Assembly (NCBI GenBank): GCA_951406725.2
Contig: OX597815.1
Location: 65,720,001 to 65,784,000 of the forward strand
DNA from: Octopus vulgaris
Taxonomy: Eukaryota
Direction: 5' to 3'
Length of the DNA: 64,000 nt
Both the position numbers and the translations under genes were made by a program. The notes below the pieces were generated by a model. It was given only the letters and a program-made list of their open reading frames with translations. It was not told where the DNA came from and ran no database searches. Positions 52,960 to 64,000 of the stretch are shown piece by piece. The first letter of the stretch is position 1; every line of letters begins with the position of its first letter.

Positions 52960-53183
52960 CAATATAGGGTAGCAAAAAATTCAAGAAAAAATTCAAGAAA
53001 AATTTTCTGCAACCAGCGGTCAAGTGAGAAAATAGAAATAGTCACAGACTATATAATATATTCAACAAAATATTAAGGAAAGACCCTTACAGGTCGTTCG
53101 ACTCACTTGAAAAGAGCAGCCAAAACTCAAACCGCAAAAAGTGAGTCGAACGACCTGTAAGGGTCTTTCCTTAATATTTTGTT
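52957..53183. mobile_element. Short PLE-type terminus with a perfect 45-bp inverted repeat
   Basis: 53064-53108 is the exact reverse complement of 53139-53183; (TA)n on both sides. Confidence 0.7.
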
Positions 53184-53299
53184 ATATATATATATATATA
53201 TAACGGGAAGCTTTATGAAAATAAACAAAAGACGAAGGCAGGTGGAGTACAAACAAACAATTGTATTAGTATGGCGCTCAGGAATATAAATAAAACAAG

Positions 53300-53337
53300 T
53301 CTTTTACGTTTCGAGCCTACGCTCTTCAACAGAAAGA
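53300..53337 (-). ncRNA. Minimal type I hammerhead-like motif with CUGUUGA core
   Basis: TCTTT CTGTTGA A GAGC-GTAG-GCTC GAAAC GTA AAAGA. Confidence 0.62.
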
Positions 53338-54104
53338 TACACAGAAAAGAAACACGGAGAGAAACAAGGAGAGAAAAAAATGCGTGCAGAAGCTAGCGAT
53401 TCAACATGGCGATTCTGGCCAGAAGTCAGAGATCAAACGTGAGACGCAAGAGCGAAAATAGGGGAGATAACAGGGTCAAATGACTTCGCCCCAACTTAAG
53501 GGTGCGTGTGTGTATGAGAGAGTGTATGTATGTATGATGTATGATGTGGTGTGTAATGTCCTATGGTGTAGTGTAGAGAGGGGAGATGAGGGGGAGAGTG
53601 AGAGTGGAGGAGGAGAGAGGAGGAGGTGAGGGGGGAGATGAGAGTGAGAGGGGAGGAGAGATGAGGGGAGGATGAGAGGGGAAGAGGGGAAGAGGGGGAG
53701 AAGGAAAGAAGGATGGGGTGAGGGGGAGATGAGATGAGGGGGAGGGGAGGGGAGATGAGATGGTGGAGGAAGAGAAGGGGGTGAAGGAAAGAGAAGAGGG
53801 GGAGGGGGGAGGGGGAGAAGGAAGGAGATGAGAGGAGGAGTGAGAGGAAGAGAAGGGGGAGAAGGAAAGAGGAGAAGAGGGGGAGGGGAAGGGGGAGAAG
53901 GAAGGAGAGGAGAGGAGAGGAGGAGGGAGAGGGGAAAGGAGGGGAGAGAGAAGGAGAGTGAGGGAGCAGAGAGAAAGAGGGAAGAAGAAAGAGGAAAGAA
54001 GAGGAGGGAAGAAGGGAAGAGGAGGGAAAGAGAGTAGCGGTGAAAAGATGAAGGACCGAAGAGAAGCAGGAGTCGGGGGTAGAGGTTAGATGAGGAGGGG
54101 GGAA

Positions 54105-54559
<455 letters not shown>

Positions 54560-54655
54560 ATAAAACGGTAAGATAACAAAAGAAAGAAAGAGACCTCAAT
54601 ATTATGTAAATAGAGGAAATTTATCTATACAATATGTTACATTACTCGGTAGTCA

Positions 54656-54718
54656 AGATAAAACTCTGAGTTTCAGATGCCGAAGTGGAAATCCACAACA
54701 CCATCTCTTCGGTTATCT
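54656..54718 (-). ncRNA. Type I hammerhead-like motif (C4 variant) in the pLTR
   Basis: AGATAA CCGAAGA GATG...CATC T GAAA CTC-A-GAG TT TTATCT. Confidence 0.65.
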
Positions 54719-54913
54719 GGCTATTTGAAAACGTTATGAAAAAATACCGTTAAAAATGAAGGGAAATTACTCTGTTATAACTCTGCTTTGCCTGCGTACT
54801 TATACATCGCTCGCATTTTTCGTCATAAAAATTATATAAAAATACATAAAAAATATATAAAAATATATAAAAATATATAAAATCTTCTTGGGACATAACA
54901 CAGAAAGCATGTT

Positions 54914-56538
54914 CTATCCGTTTTCTTTAGGGGACCAAAAACGTAACAGAAATTTAGTCACATGTGGGCATGATCCGAAAAGTTCTGTCCTTGTATTTAG
55001 ACATGTGGTAGGGTCTAAGCTGCTTTTCCAGATAAGCCATCTCTCCATGTCGCATAAACCGCACCTTCCGCTGCCGTTAGTATAGGGCTTACATCTGGCC
55101 AAAATCTTCCATTGTATGTTATAATCGACACCTTTATCTCTTAAAGACCAAATATGATTGGATAATTGTGTCGCTTTTCTTTTGTTCCAGTGCCTAAAGC
55201 TCAAAGTGTGGTTATTGAACCTGGCCTTGAAATTACCCTCTGTCAGGCCCACGTATTTCTTCGTCAAAACGGTGTCTTTAGTGGTTATAGAGTTTACGGT
55301 AGCCTCATATATGATGGTCTTGGACATGCAAGCTCCATTTAGCGGGCACAATTCTTTATTCCTGCATGAACAGCTGTTTTCTTCTTGTGTTTTTTGTATG
55401 TTATGATTGATTATGTTTTTAAAATTGGTAGTTGAACTAAAACTAATTTTTAAATTGTGTCTATTGAAGAGTTTCCTATAAGCATGGTTAACTGGAAAAT
55501 GTCTATCTATCAGTGCTAGGAAATATTTACCTATATTGAAGGCCACCTCGGGTGAGTAAGGGGGCGTAAACCAGATGACCTTCCTATTTCTATTATTCCT
55601 TTTCTTTATTGTTGGGCTGGTGATAGGTGTATATTTTATTTTTTCGCTAAAACCACTATCTTTTAAAGCTTTATTATAAACTGGGGCAACGCTATTGAAG
55701 ATGTCCTCATTAGATGAGAGGCTAGAAATCCTCTTACTAATATTTTTAACTAAATTTTTGAATACTATAGGGGGATGGCATGAACCTACATTAATATAAC
55801 TTAGTCTATCATTGGGCTTCCTATAAGGCTTATAAATATTATTATTAAGATCTAAGGAAACGTCTAAGAAATTGACAACCGTCAGGTTAGTGTCTATAGT
55901 TATACTAAGTCCGAAGTGTTTCATTAACTGGATAATATCCTTCCTAAAACGATCTTGTGCTGGTCCATTTGTATTAGCTGTTAAGGCGAGGGCATCATCT
56001 TTGTAGATGGCGAAATGTACGTTAGGGAATGTCTTACTGAAGGTATCTAGGAGAAAGAGTCCAATTAGATCACAGATGCCTGCCCCATCATATGAACCCA
56101 TGCTCACATCGAAAGCGCCCTCCGTGTCGGTGTTTTTTACCCACTTTGCATTCTCACTGAAAAGTAATGTCTTTCTAGCATGGAAGATTATATCCTTATC
56201 ATTGGTACTAATTTCTATGAAGTCACTAGCGAAGATTAGGGCTTTATCTAGCAGTTCTTTAGAGATAGAGGCATAAAAATCAACAATATCGAATTGTGTA
56301 AACCTCGCTTTTTTCTTATTCTTAATAGCTTTAAACCAGTCTACGACTTCTATACTATTGGACCATTGCACTAGCCTAGTATCGGTCTTAATTTTCGTAT
56401 TTATTTTATCTAAAATTTCTTTGCTAATAATCCCTAGTTCTGACTTGGCTGGGTTGATAAGCCTACATTTAGGATTGGAAAGGAAGTTTTCTTTGTGGTC
56501 TTTAATAGTAATAAAGGCCTCTTTTTGGGGGAGGGTTT
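54914..56538 (-). CDS. PLE reverse transcriptase + GIY-YIG-type endonuclease (N-terminally truncated, frame open)
   Basis: KDHK...CRLINP, QFDIVDFY, MGSYDG, IYKDDAL, NFLDV, YRKPN; CSCR..CPLNGAC..IIYEATV...YVGLTEGNFKARFNNH...CGLC. Confidence 0.93.
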
Positions 56539-57010
56539 CTGGAACAAAAGAAAAGCGACACAATTATCCAATCATATTTGGTCTTTAAGAGATAAAGGTG
56601 TCGATTATAACATACAATGGAAGATTTTGGCCAGATGTAAGCCCTATACTAACGGCAGCGGAAGGTGCGGTTTATGCGACATGGAGAGATGGCTTATCTG
56701 GAAAAGCAGCTTAGACCCTACCACATGTCTAAATACAAGGACAGAACTTTTCGGATCATGCCCACATGTGACTAAATTTCTGTTACGTTTTTGGTCCCCT
56801 AAAGAAAACGGATAGAACATGCTTTCTGTGTTATGTCCCAAGAAGATTTTATATATTTTTATATATTTTTATATATTTTTTATGTATTTTTATATAATTT
56901 TTATGACGAAAAATGCGAGCGATGTATAAGTACGCAGGCAAAGCAGAGTTATAACAGAGTAATTTCCCTTCATTTTTAACGGTATTTTTTCATAACGTTT
57001 TCAAATAGCC

Positions 57011-57073
57011 AGATAACCGAAGAGATGGTGTTGTGGATTTCCACTTCGGCATCTGAAACTCAGAGTTTTATCT
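57011..57073 (+). ncRNA. Type I hammerhead-like motif (C4 variant) in the inverted pLTR
   Basis: Mirror of 54656-54718. Confidence 0.65.
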
Positions 57074-57100
57074 TGACTACCGAGTAATGTAACATATTGT

Positions 57101-57276
<176 letters not shown>

Positions 57277-57647
57277 ATAACGAACTTCTTAAGAAAATTC
57301 TATCGGCCGGCTTCCCCGATTTCAGTTCTTTGTGTTTTTCTGTACCGAGTAAATAAAATGTGGAAATTGACGATTTAAAAGTCTGTTATCAGCATATTGG
57401 CATGGAAATAATTTTCTTTAGCCCTTATATATAAGTTGTATATATATATATATATATGTATGTTTATACACACACACATATATATATATGTATGCGTTAA
57501 TACGTATATAGTTTCTCTTTATATATATGTATGTATATATGTATGGGGGAGTATTGTATGTAAAGAATAAAATATTTTGAATGACACAACAATGCACTAT
57601 AATACAAACAATGGACTATAAGAACTCTTGTAATTTAATCATCCATA

Positions 57648-57690
57648 GTCTGATATGATATTTCAGAATAAAATTCCTTCTTCTGATATC
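57648..57690 (-). ncRNA. Degenerate hammerhead-like motif
   Basis: CAGAAGA A GGAAT-TTT-ATTCT GAAA TAT-C-ATA TC; helix I is poor. Confidence 0.4.
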
Positions 57691-58345
57691 CCTAGGAATT
57701 GATGGAATCGCTGCTATAATCGGTTTTCCGACAGCTTTCCTTTCCTTTTTCGGAAGCGTCTCAACATTGGTCTCACGAAGCTCCTTCCGGAATTCCTCAT
57801 GAGATGTGCGTGAGATTGGCCATGTCTCAATCTCGTGTGTGCTGGCACATCCTCTAGCGCTGCTTCTAAGTTATGTGTTATTCGAGATATATATGTATAC
57901 TTTTATGTATAACTGCAAGGGGGTTGTGTTTGAGAGGCGGTGAGTGGGTAACGATATTTAGCTTATCTTTTCCATTTACAACATTCAGTTTCTTCATTTA
58001 GACTAATTTTATTAAACAAAACACACAGATGGATACACACAGGGACACACACATGCACATAAACATACAAAGGCACATACATACACTCAAACCCTCAAAC
58101 ACATACACATAAGCACACATTGCACTCAGACACATACACACAAACACACACATAAACACACGCATACGCACACACATACAAACATACATACATACGTATA
58201 TACATACAAAAACAAACATACACACAAACACATACAGATACATGCGCAAAAGCACACACACTCACACACACACACACACACATACACACAAGCAAACGCA
58301 CATAGAAACACATACACATATTTTCTAACGCCGAATTTTATATTA

Positions 58346-58379
58346 CGCAACATAGTTTCACGTCACCGATCTTCAGGCA
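58346..58379 (-). ncRNA. Minimal type I hammerhead-like motif
   Basis: TGC CTGAAGA T CG-GTGA-CG T GAAAC-TAT-GTT GCG. Confidence 0.5.
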
Positions 58380-58582
58380 AAAGATGAAACGTGCTATAAG
58401 AAATCCCGTATTTATAAATAGAGGAGAACCAGGAGAATAATATAGTTTTTGATTGGTTGTAGAAGAAGGAACTGAAATATAAAGAAATTATTTCACATTA
58501 TGTAATGGAGAAATAGTGTATTTGAGGTAAATGAAAGAACAATAAGAATTACTAATGACGATAAAAAATAAAGGGAAAAATA

Positions 58583-58784
58583 CGAGGGTGTGCTGGAACG
58601 TTTCTAGCTTTAAGGGTAGCGAAAGGCCTGGTTGGAAGTCCAACCTTCCCAGTTCTTTTACGGGTCTTAAAAAACTGAAGGACTCTTCAGTAAGTGTCTG
58701 AGAGAAGAATATGCTGAATATCAATTAACTGATCCTCCTGTATTTTGTTTTACCCAAAGCCAAGAACTTTTCAGCACCCCCTCA
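58583..58784. mobile_element. Mariner-derived MITE
   Basis: TA|CGAGGGTGTGCTGGAACGTTTCTAGCTTT...AAAGCCAAGAACTTTTCAGCACCCCCTCA|TA. Confidence 0.75.
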
Positions 58785-58899
58785 TATAAAAAATAAAAGA
58801 TGAATGAGAAAAGAGAAAATAGGAACATTCACAACTTTTGACGACCAAACAACACGCACTACCTTATTGCATTTCGAAGTGTTAACGAATATTTGTGCG

Positions 58900-59121
58900 T
58901 ATGTGTGTGTCTGTGTTTGTCCCACCACTACCGGTAGACAACCGGTGTTGCTGTGTTTACGCCCCCATAACTTAGCGGTTCGGTAAAAGAAACTGATAGA
59001 ATAGGTACGAGTTTTAAAAAGAAAATAAGTACTGGGGGTCGATTAGTTTAACTAAAATTCCTTATGGCGGTGCCCCAGTATGGCCGCAGTCTAATGACTG
59101 AAACAAGTAAGAAATAAAAGA
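58900..59121 (+). mobile_element. Family B SINE 3' half
   Basis: GGCGGTGCCCCAGTATGGCCGCAGTCTAATGACTGAAACAAG. Confidence 0.82.
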
Positions 59122-59317
59122 TATATATATATATACATATATATTGATATTGATATTGATATTGATAATTATGCTTTAGTCATCATCAGTCCCTTGTCTC
59201 CATAGCTTTACACTGTCTACATCAATATTTGTCATTATTGTGACCTAAAGCCAAAATCTTTGAAATGTTATCATTTCAAAGTTCACATTATACACCCTAT
59301 ATATTATTATACTAGTA

Positions 59318-59702
59318 CTAGCAGTATCGCCCGGCGTTGCTCAGGTTTGTAAGGGAAATAACTTTAAAGCATTTTTAGAGAGTTATAGCCAAAAAATAGC
59401 AAAAAAATGGAAAAAAATAATGGTAAATTTTTTTTTGAGATTTAAAAAAGGTGGAGTTGCGTCCCCTAGACAGTTTGTGGTTCGTGTTTCTGATTCTCGA
59501 CCCTATGTCGAATTCATCGATTTTTTTCAGAACTGGGGGAACTTTTCAAAATTTTCGCTGCGTTAGTTTTGAATTATGACATTGGGCTATGTGTGTGTCA
59601 AGTTTCATCAGAATCGGTTGAAAGCCGTGGTCAGGGTGAGGGTACAAGCAAACAGACACACAGAAACACGCACAGACAAACTGCCGTTTATATAGAGAGA
59701 GA
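59318..59702 (-). mobile_element. Non-autonomous Helitron
   Basis: Minus strand A|TCTCTC...subterminal hairpin (CCCGGCGTTGCTCAGG on +)...CTAG|T. Confidence 0.75.
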
Positions 59703-59884
59703 TGTGACTATCGATTCTTAAAATCTTATTACTTATTGCTTTTTACATGCACAGCTTCTACTGGCAATTACTGTATTTTCTTGTGTATAAGTCGGACTAT
59801 ACTTTGCTTGATTTTAATTGATAAAATCTCGAGTACGACTTACACACAGGTATATACTCGCACACACGCGTATATACTGGTATC

Positions 59885-60093
59885 AAAGTTTGGCACAAAG
59901 CCAGCAATTTCGGGAAAGGGGGTAAGTCGGTTACATCGATACCAGAGCTCAGATAATACTTATTTTATCGAATCGGAAAGGATGAAAAACTAAGTCGACC
60001 TCGGCGGAAATTGAAGTCAGAACGTGACGACGGACGAAATGCCGCTAAGCATTTTGTCCGGCGTGCTAACGAGATCCGCCAGATCAACACCTT
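59885..60093 (-). mobile_element. Family A SINE
   Basis: GGAAAGGATGAAA..AGTCGACCTCGGCGG...GCTAAGCATTTTG. Confidence 0.82.
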
Positions 60094-60302
60094 GCATACA
60101 AGCATATATAATACTCAATGTCTTTTTTGATAGGCAACATTAAATTTTTACAGTGAAAATCTGACGGAGGCAAGCAAGCCGAGAGTTCGGAGAAACTGTC
60201 ACCCCGCTTCTTGTAAATTTTTCACGTGTGTGTGTGTGTGTGAGTGTGCATGTATATATATATGTATGTATGGATGGATACATACGTACATATATATATA
60301 TA

Positions 60303-61594
60303 CGAGGGGCGTTCAATAAGTAATGCCCCTGACCCATTTCCCATAGCAGTAGAGCAACGAAACTTGGCACAGTTATTAGTCTTTTTCTACATAGGAACCA
60401 CCAAGAGTTACACATTTTTCCCATCGTTTCATGCAACTCTGGAGACCGTTTTTGTAGAACACCCCAGCTTGGTCCTCCAACCACAACGTGACTTCAGAAA
60501 TCAAGGCTGCATCATCTGGGAAACACTTTCCTTTCAAAAACAACTTCATGGCTGGGAAGAGGTGAAAATCAGAGGATGCAAGGTCAGGAGAGTAGGGGGA
60601 GGGGGGAGGAGTTCATAGCCGCACGCCTGTGCTTCTGATCTGGCGACACGCGAGTTGTAGACCGGAGAGTTGTCCTGCAGGAGGAGGATGCCTTTGCTGA
60701 TCTTGCCCCGCCTTTTGATTTTGACAGCTTCTCTTAATTTCCTCAAAAGTGAAGCATAATAGGCTCCTGCAATTGTGGTACCCTTTGCCAGGAAATCTGT
60801 CATCACTACTCCGTCCTGGTCCCAGAAGACTGTGAGCATGACCTTGCCAGCGGAGGGCTGCACCCTTGCCTTCTTTGGAGGAGGTGAGTCACGGTGCTTC
60901 CACTGCATTGATTGGGCTTTGGTCTCTGGATCATAGTGATGGACCCAGGTTTCATCCTGTGTAATCAGTCTTTTGAAAAATTTTGACTCATCTTCTTGGC
61001 ACATCTCCAAATTCATCCTCGAGCACTCGACGCGTTCTTGCTTCTGGAAAGGTGTGAGCAACCTGGGAATCCATCTGGCAGACACCTTTTGCATATGCAA
61101 ATGGTCATGAATGATAGTTTCCACAGACCCGGTACTAAACTTGACCTCATGGGCTATTTGGCGAATAGTTATGCGTCGATCTTCCAAAATGACAGCCTCA
61201 ACTTGACGAACAGATGCCTCATCAATGGCAGAAGGGGGGCGACCAGATCTGGGAGCTGTTTCCACAGAGTTCCGACCATGTTTGAATTCACGATGCCAGC
61301 GTTTTACAAGGTCATATGATGGGGCATCATCACCATTAGTTACTTTCATTTCATCAAAAGTCTCCCGTGGTGTGCGTCCTTTCAAATACAAAAACCGGAT
61401 CACTGCTCGACACTCAACAGGCTCCATTTCACACTTGACTCAGTTCAAACACCTGTATATCAGAGACCACAATTAGTTCAGAGCTGTAATTTGCCACTTA
61501 ATCTATAGAGATATAAATAATTGCACATGTAAATTTTCAGCTAGATCAAACAACTGCAAGTGGGTCAGAGGCATTACTTATTGAACGCCCCTCG
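60303..61594 (-). mobile_element. Full-length mariner transposon (1292 bp)
   Basis: 34-bp TIRs with one mismatch; TA target duplication within a (TA)n tract. Confidence 0.96.
60376..61427 (-). pseudogene. Mariner transposase (DD34D type) with one frameshift near 60600
   Basis: WIPRLL, TQDETWVHHY, KVMLTVFWD, LQDNSP; after the G-run the other frame gives YSPDLAPSDFHLFP...KRWEKCVTLGGSYVEKD*. Confidence 0.93.
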
Positions 61595-61621
<27 letters not shown>

Positions 61622-61625
<4 letters not shown>

Positions 61626-62460
61626 AATCCAAACGGGAAACAAAAAAAACAACAACAATGGAACAAAGAACAGTATTATTATTAATAGGCGCTCAGGAAA
61701 TGGAAGCAGGGAGGTATGACGTTTCGAGCGGAGCTCTTCGTCGGAAACATAAAGAAGGAAGAGAGAGGAAAGAAAGATCCCAGAGCGGGCAACGGAGATA
61801 GAAAAAAAACGACTGGTGTTTAGGAGTTACACATGGTGAAAGGCGGATGTTTACGATAACAAGAGCAAAGTGGGTTTTTAAAGGCAAAAGAGTGGAGACA
61901 AGGTTGGTAACGCAACAGATGTGTGTGTATGTGTGAATGTGTGCGTGTGCGTGTGTGTATGTGTGTGTGTGAGGCGAGATAAAAAAACAAAAAATATATG
62001 TATGTGTTAGTGTGTGCGTCTGTGTGTAGGCGTGTGAGGTAGGGCGAGACGGTGGTCAGCATAGCAGCAGCATAGCAGACAAAGGTCAGTAGTAAGAAAA
62101 GGAAGGAAGGAGGAAGGGAGGGAGGGGAAGGGGTGGGGGCGTATGTAGCGTGCCAGCGTGTGTTGAGTAGTAGTGTGTGTGTGTGTCCAGTGTCGTGGTA
62201 GTATTAATGGCGAGTAGATTGAATGTGTGTAAGAGTAATGTATATATTTAAGCAGTGTGTGTATATGTGTGCGCGTGTGTGTAACGAAAAAGGGGGGGGG
62301 TAAGGAAAAGGACTCCAGCTGAGGGGAAGATGGAAGAGTGGTCCCGCGGAGACGGGCGTGGGAAAACCCAACGACAAGCGACGATCTCAGGAACGGGTGG
62401 GAGGTCTCGTCGGGTCCAAGGGCGAGGTGCATGCGGCGCGTATGCGTGCGAGAACCGGCG
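61622..62460 (-). mobile_element. PLE-type 3' region related to the 37081/53202 family
   Basis: Starts at (TA)n with AACGGGAA, shares GGCGCTCAGGAA and has a hammerhead at the same position. Confidence 0.6.
61714..61748 (-). ncRNA. Minimal type I hammerhead-like motif (C4 variant)
   Basis: GTTT CCGACGA A GAGC-TCC-GCTC GAAAC GTC ATAC. Confidence 0.58.
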
Positions 62461-62612
62461 CAAGCGCGTGTGTGCGCGCGCCTGCGAGTGTGCGCGTAAG
62501 TATGTGTGTGTGTGGATGTGTGAGTGTGTCTGTGTGTATGTCTGGGTGGCAGTGTGTCCGATGAATGTATGTGAGTATGTGTGTATATATGTGTGTGCAT
62601 AGATGTATGTCC

Positions 62613-62643
<31 letters not shown>

Positions 62644-64000
62644 AGTGTGTATGTATGTACGTGTGGGTGTGGGGAAGTGTGTGTATGTGCATGTGTGTGC
62701 GCGAACATACAGGTGTGTGAGTGAGTGTGTGTGTGTGTATGTATGTGTGAGTGTGTATGTATGTGTGTGTAGGATGCATGTATGTGTATGGGTGTATGTA
62801 TGCGTGTGTGTATGTATGTATGTGTACGTGCGTGTGTGTGTGTGTATGCGTGTAGGTGTGAGCGTGTGCATGCGTGCATGCATGTGCGTATGTGTGTGTG
62901 TGTGCATGTGTGTGGGTATATATGTATGTGCGTATATGTGTGTGTATGTGCGTACATGTGTGTGTGTGTATGCATGTGTGTGTGTAGGTGTGTAGGCGTG
63001 TGTGTATAGGTGTATGTAAGTATGTATGGGTGTGTCCGTGTATGTGTGTGTATGTATGTGTGTGTATGTAGCTGTGTGGGCGTGTGTATATGTGTGTGTA
63101 TGTAGGTGTGTGGGCGTGTGTATATAGGTGTATGTATGTATGTCTGGGTGTGTCCGTGCAGGTATGTGTGTGTGTGTGTATGCATGTGTATGTAGGTGTG
63201 TGTGTACGTGTGTAATGTATGTGTGTATGCGTGTGTATGCGTGCGTGTGTGTATGTAGGTGCGTGTGTATGTGTGTGGGAGTGTAGGTGTGTGTGTGCGT
63301 GTGCGTGTTTACGTTGGTGTGTGCGTATGTGAGTGTGAGTGTATGGGTGTTTGTCATGCATGTGTGCGCGTGCAGGTGAGTGTGTGTGTAAGTATGTGTG
63401 TATGTATGTTTGTGTGAGTGTGTATGTGTGTATGTCTGTGTGTATGTATGTGCGTATAGGAGTATGTAGGTATGTGTGTGTGTATGTATATGGGTGTATG
63501 TATGTATGTGTGTGTGTGTGCATGTGTATAAGTATATGCGTGTGTGCGTATGTGTGTGTATGTGTATGTGTGTGTGTTTATGTATGTGTGTATGTATGTG
63601 TGTAGGCGTGAGTGTGTAGATGTATGTATGTATGGGTGTGTGTCAGTGTGTGTTTGTGTGTGTGTGTAGGTAGATGTGTGTGTCTGAGTGAGGGTATGGC
63701 TGTGTAGGTGTGTGTGTGTATGAATGTAAGTGTGTGTGTATACAAGTGTAATGTATGTATGTAGGTGTGTGTGTGTGTGTATGTGTACGTGTGCGTGTGT
63801 ATGTGTGTGTGTATGCGTGTGAGTGTGAGTGTATGGGTGTATGTCTGTGTGTGTGTATGTCTGAAGTGGGTATGTGTGTGTATGTATGTATGTGTGTGTG
63901 TGTGCGGGTATGTGTGTGTGTGTATGTGTGTGTGTGAGTAGGTGTGCGTGTATGTATGTGGGTAGGGATGCATGCGAGTGTGTGGGTATGTATGCATACA
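62460..64000. repeat. Long degenerate (TG/TATG)n low-complexity tract
   Basis: Directly visible; runs off the window end. Confidence 0.95.

Noticed and set aside
56495-56815. Independent 106-aa gene
   Set aside because: It is the inverted duplicate of the PLE C-terminus inside the pLTR.
62007-63997. Long His/Thr-rich ORFs
   Set aside because: Translations of degenerate TG/CA repeats.

Overview
AT-rich, microsatellite-dense eukaryotic DNA with no convincing host protein-coding gene. The repeat landscape (several tRNA-headed SINE families, RTE and R4/Dong-type LINEs, mariner/Tc1, Chapaev-type, Helitron, many Penelope-like elements) suggests an octopus or other cephalopod intron or intergenic region; this is inference from repeat content. 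Most ORFs in the supplied track are translations of microsatellites. Real coding remnants are a near-intact mariner (one frameshift), a 5'-truncated Penelope-like element with an open RT + GIY-YIG ORF and 565-bp inverted pseudo-LTRs, two more GIY-YIG PLE 3' ends, a decayed RTE LINE inside an inverted duplication, and other transposon fragments. The most notable signal is RNA-structural. About 20 hammerhead-ribozyme-like motifs were read by eye in PLE-type termini, mostly at (TA)n tracts. They include canonical type I motifs, core variants (G3-C8 swap, C4, U3, U6) and three related families whose hammerhead segments are in a rearranged, non-circularly permuted order with covarying helices. The RTE 5' end also carries two tandem copies of a pseudoknotted motif. 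All ribozyme calls are manual folds and untested.
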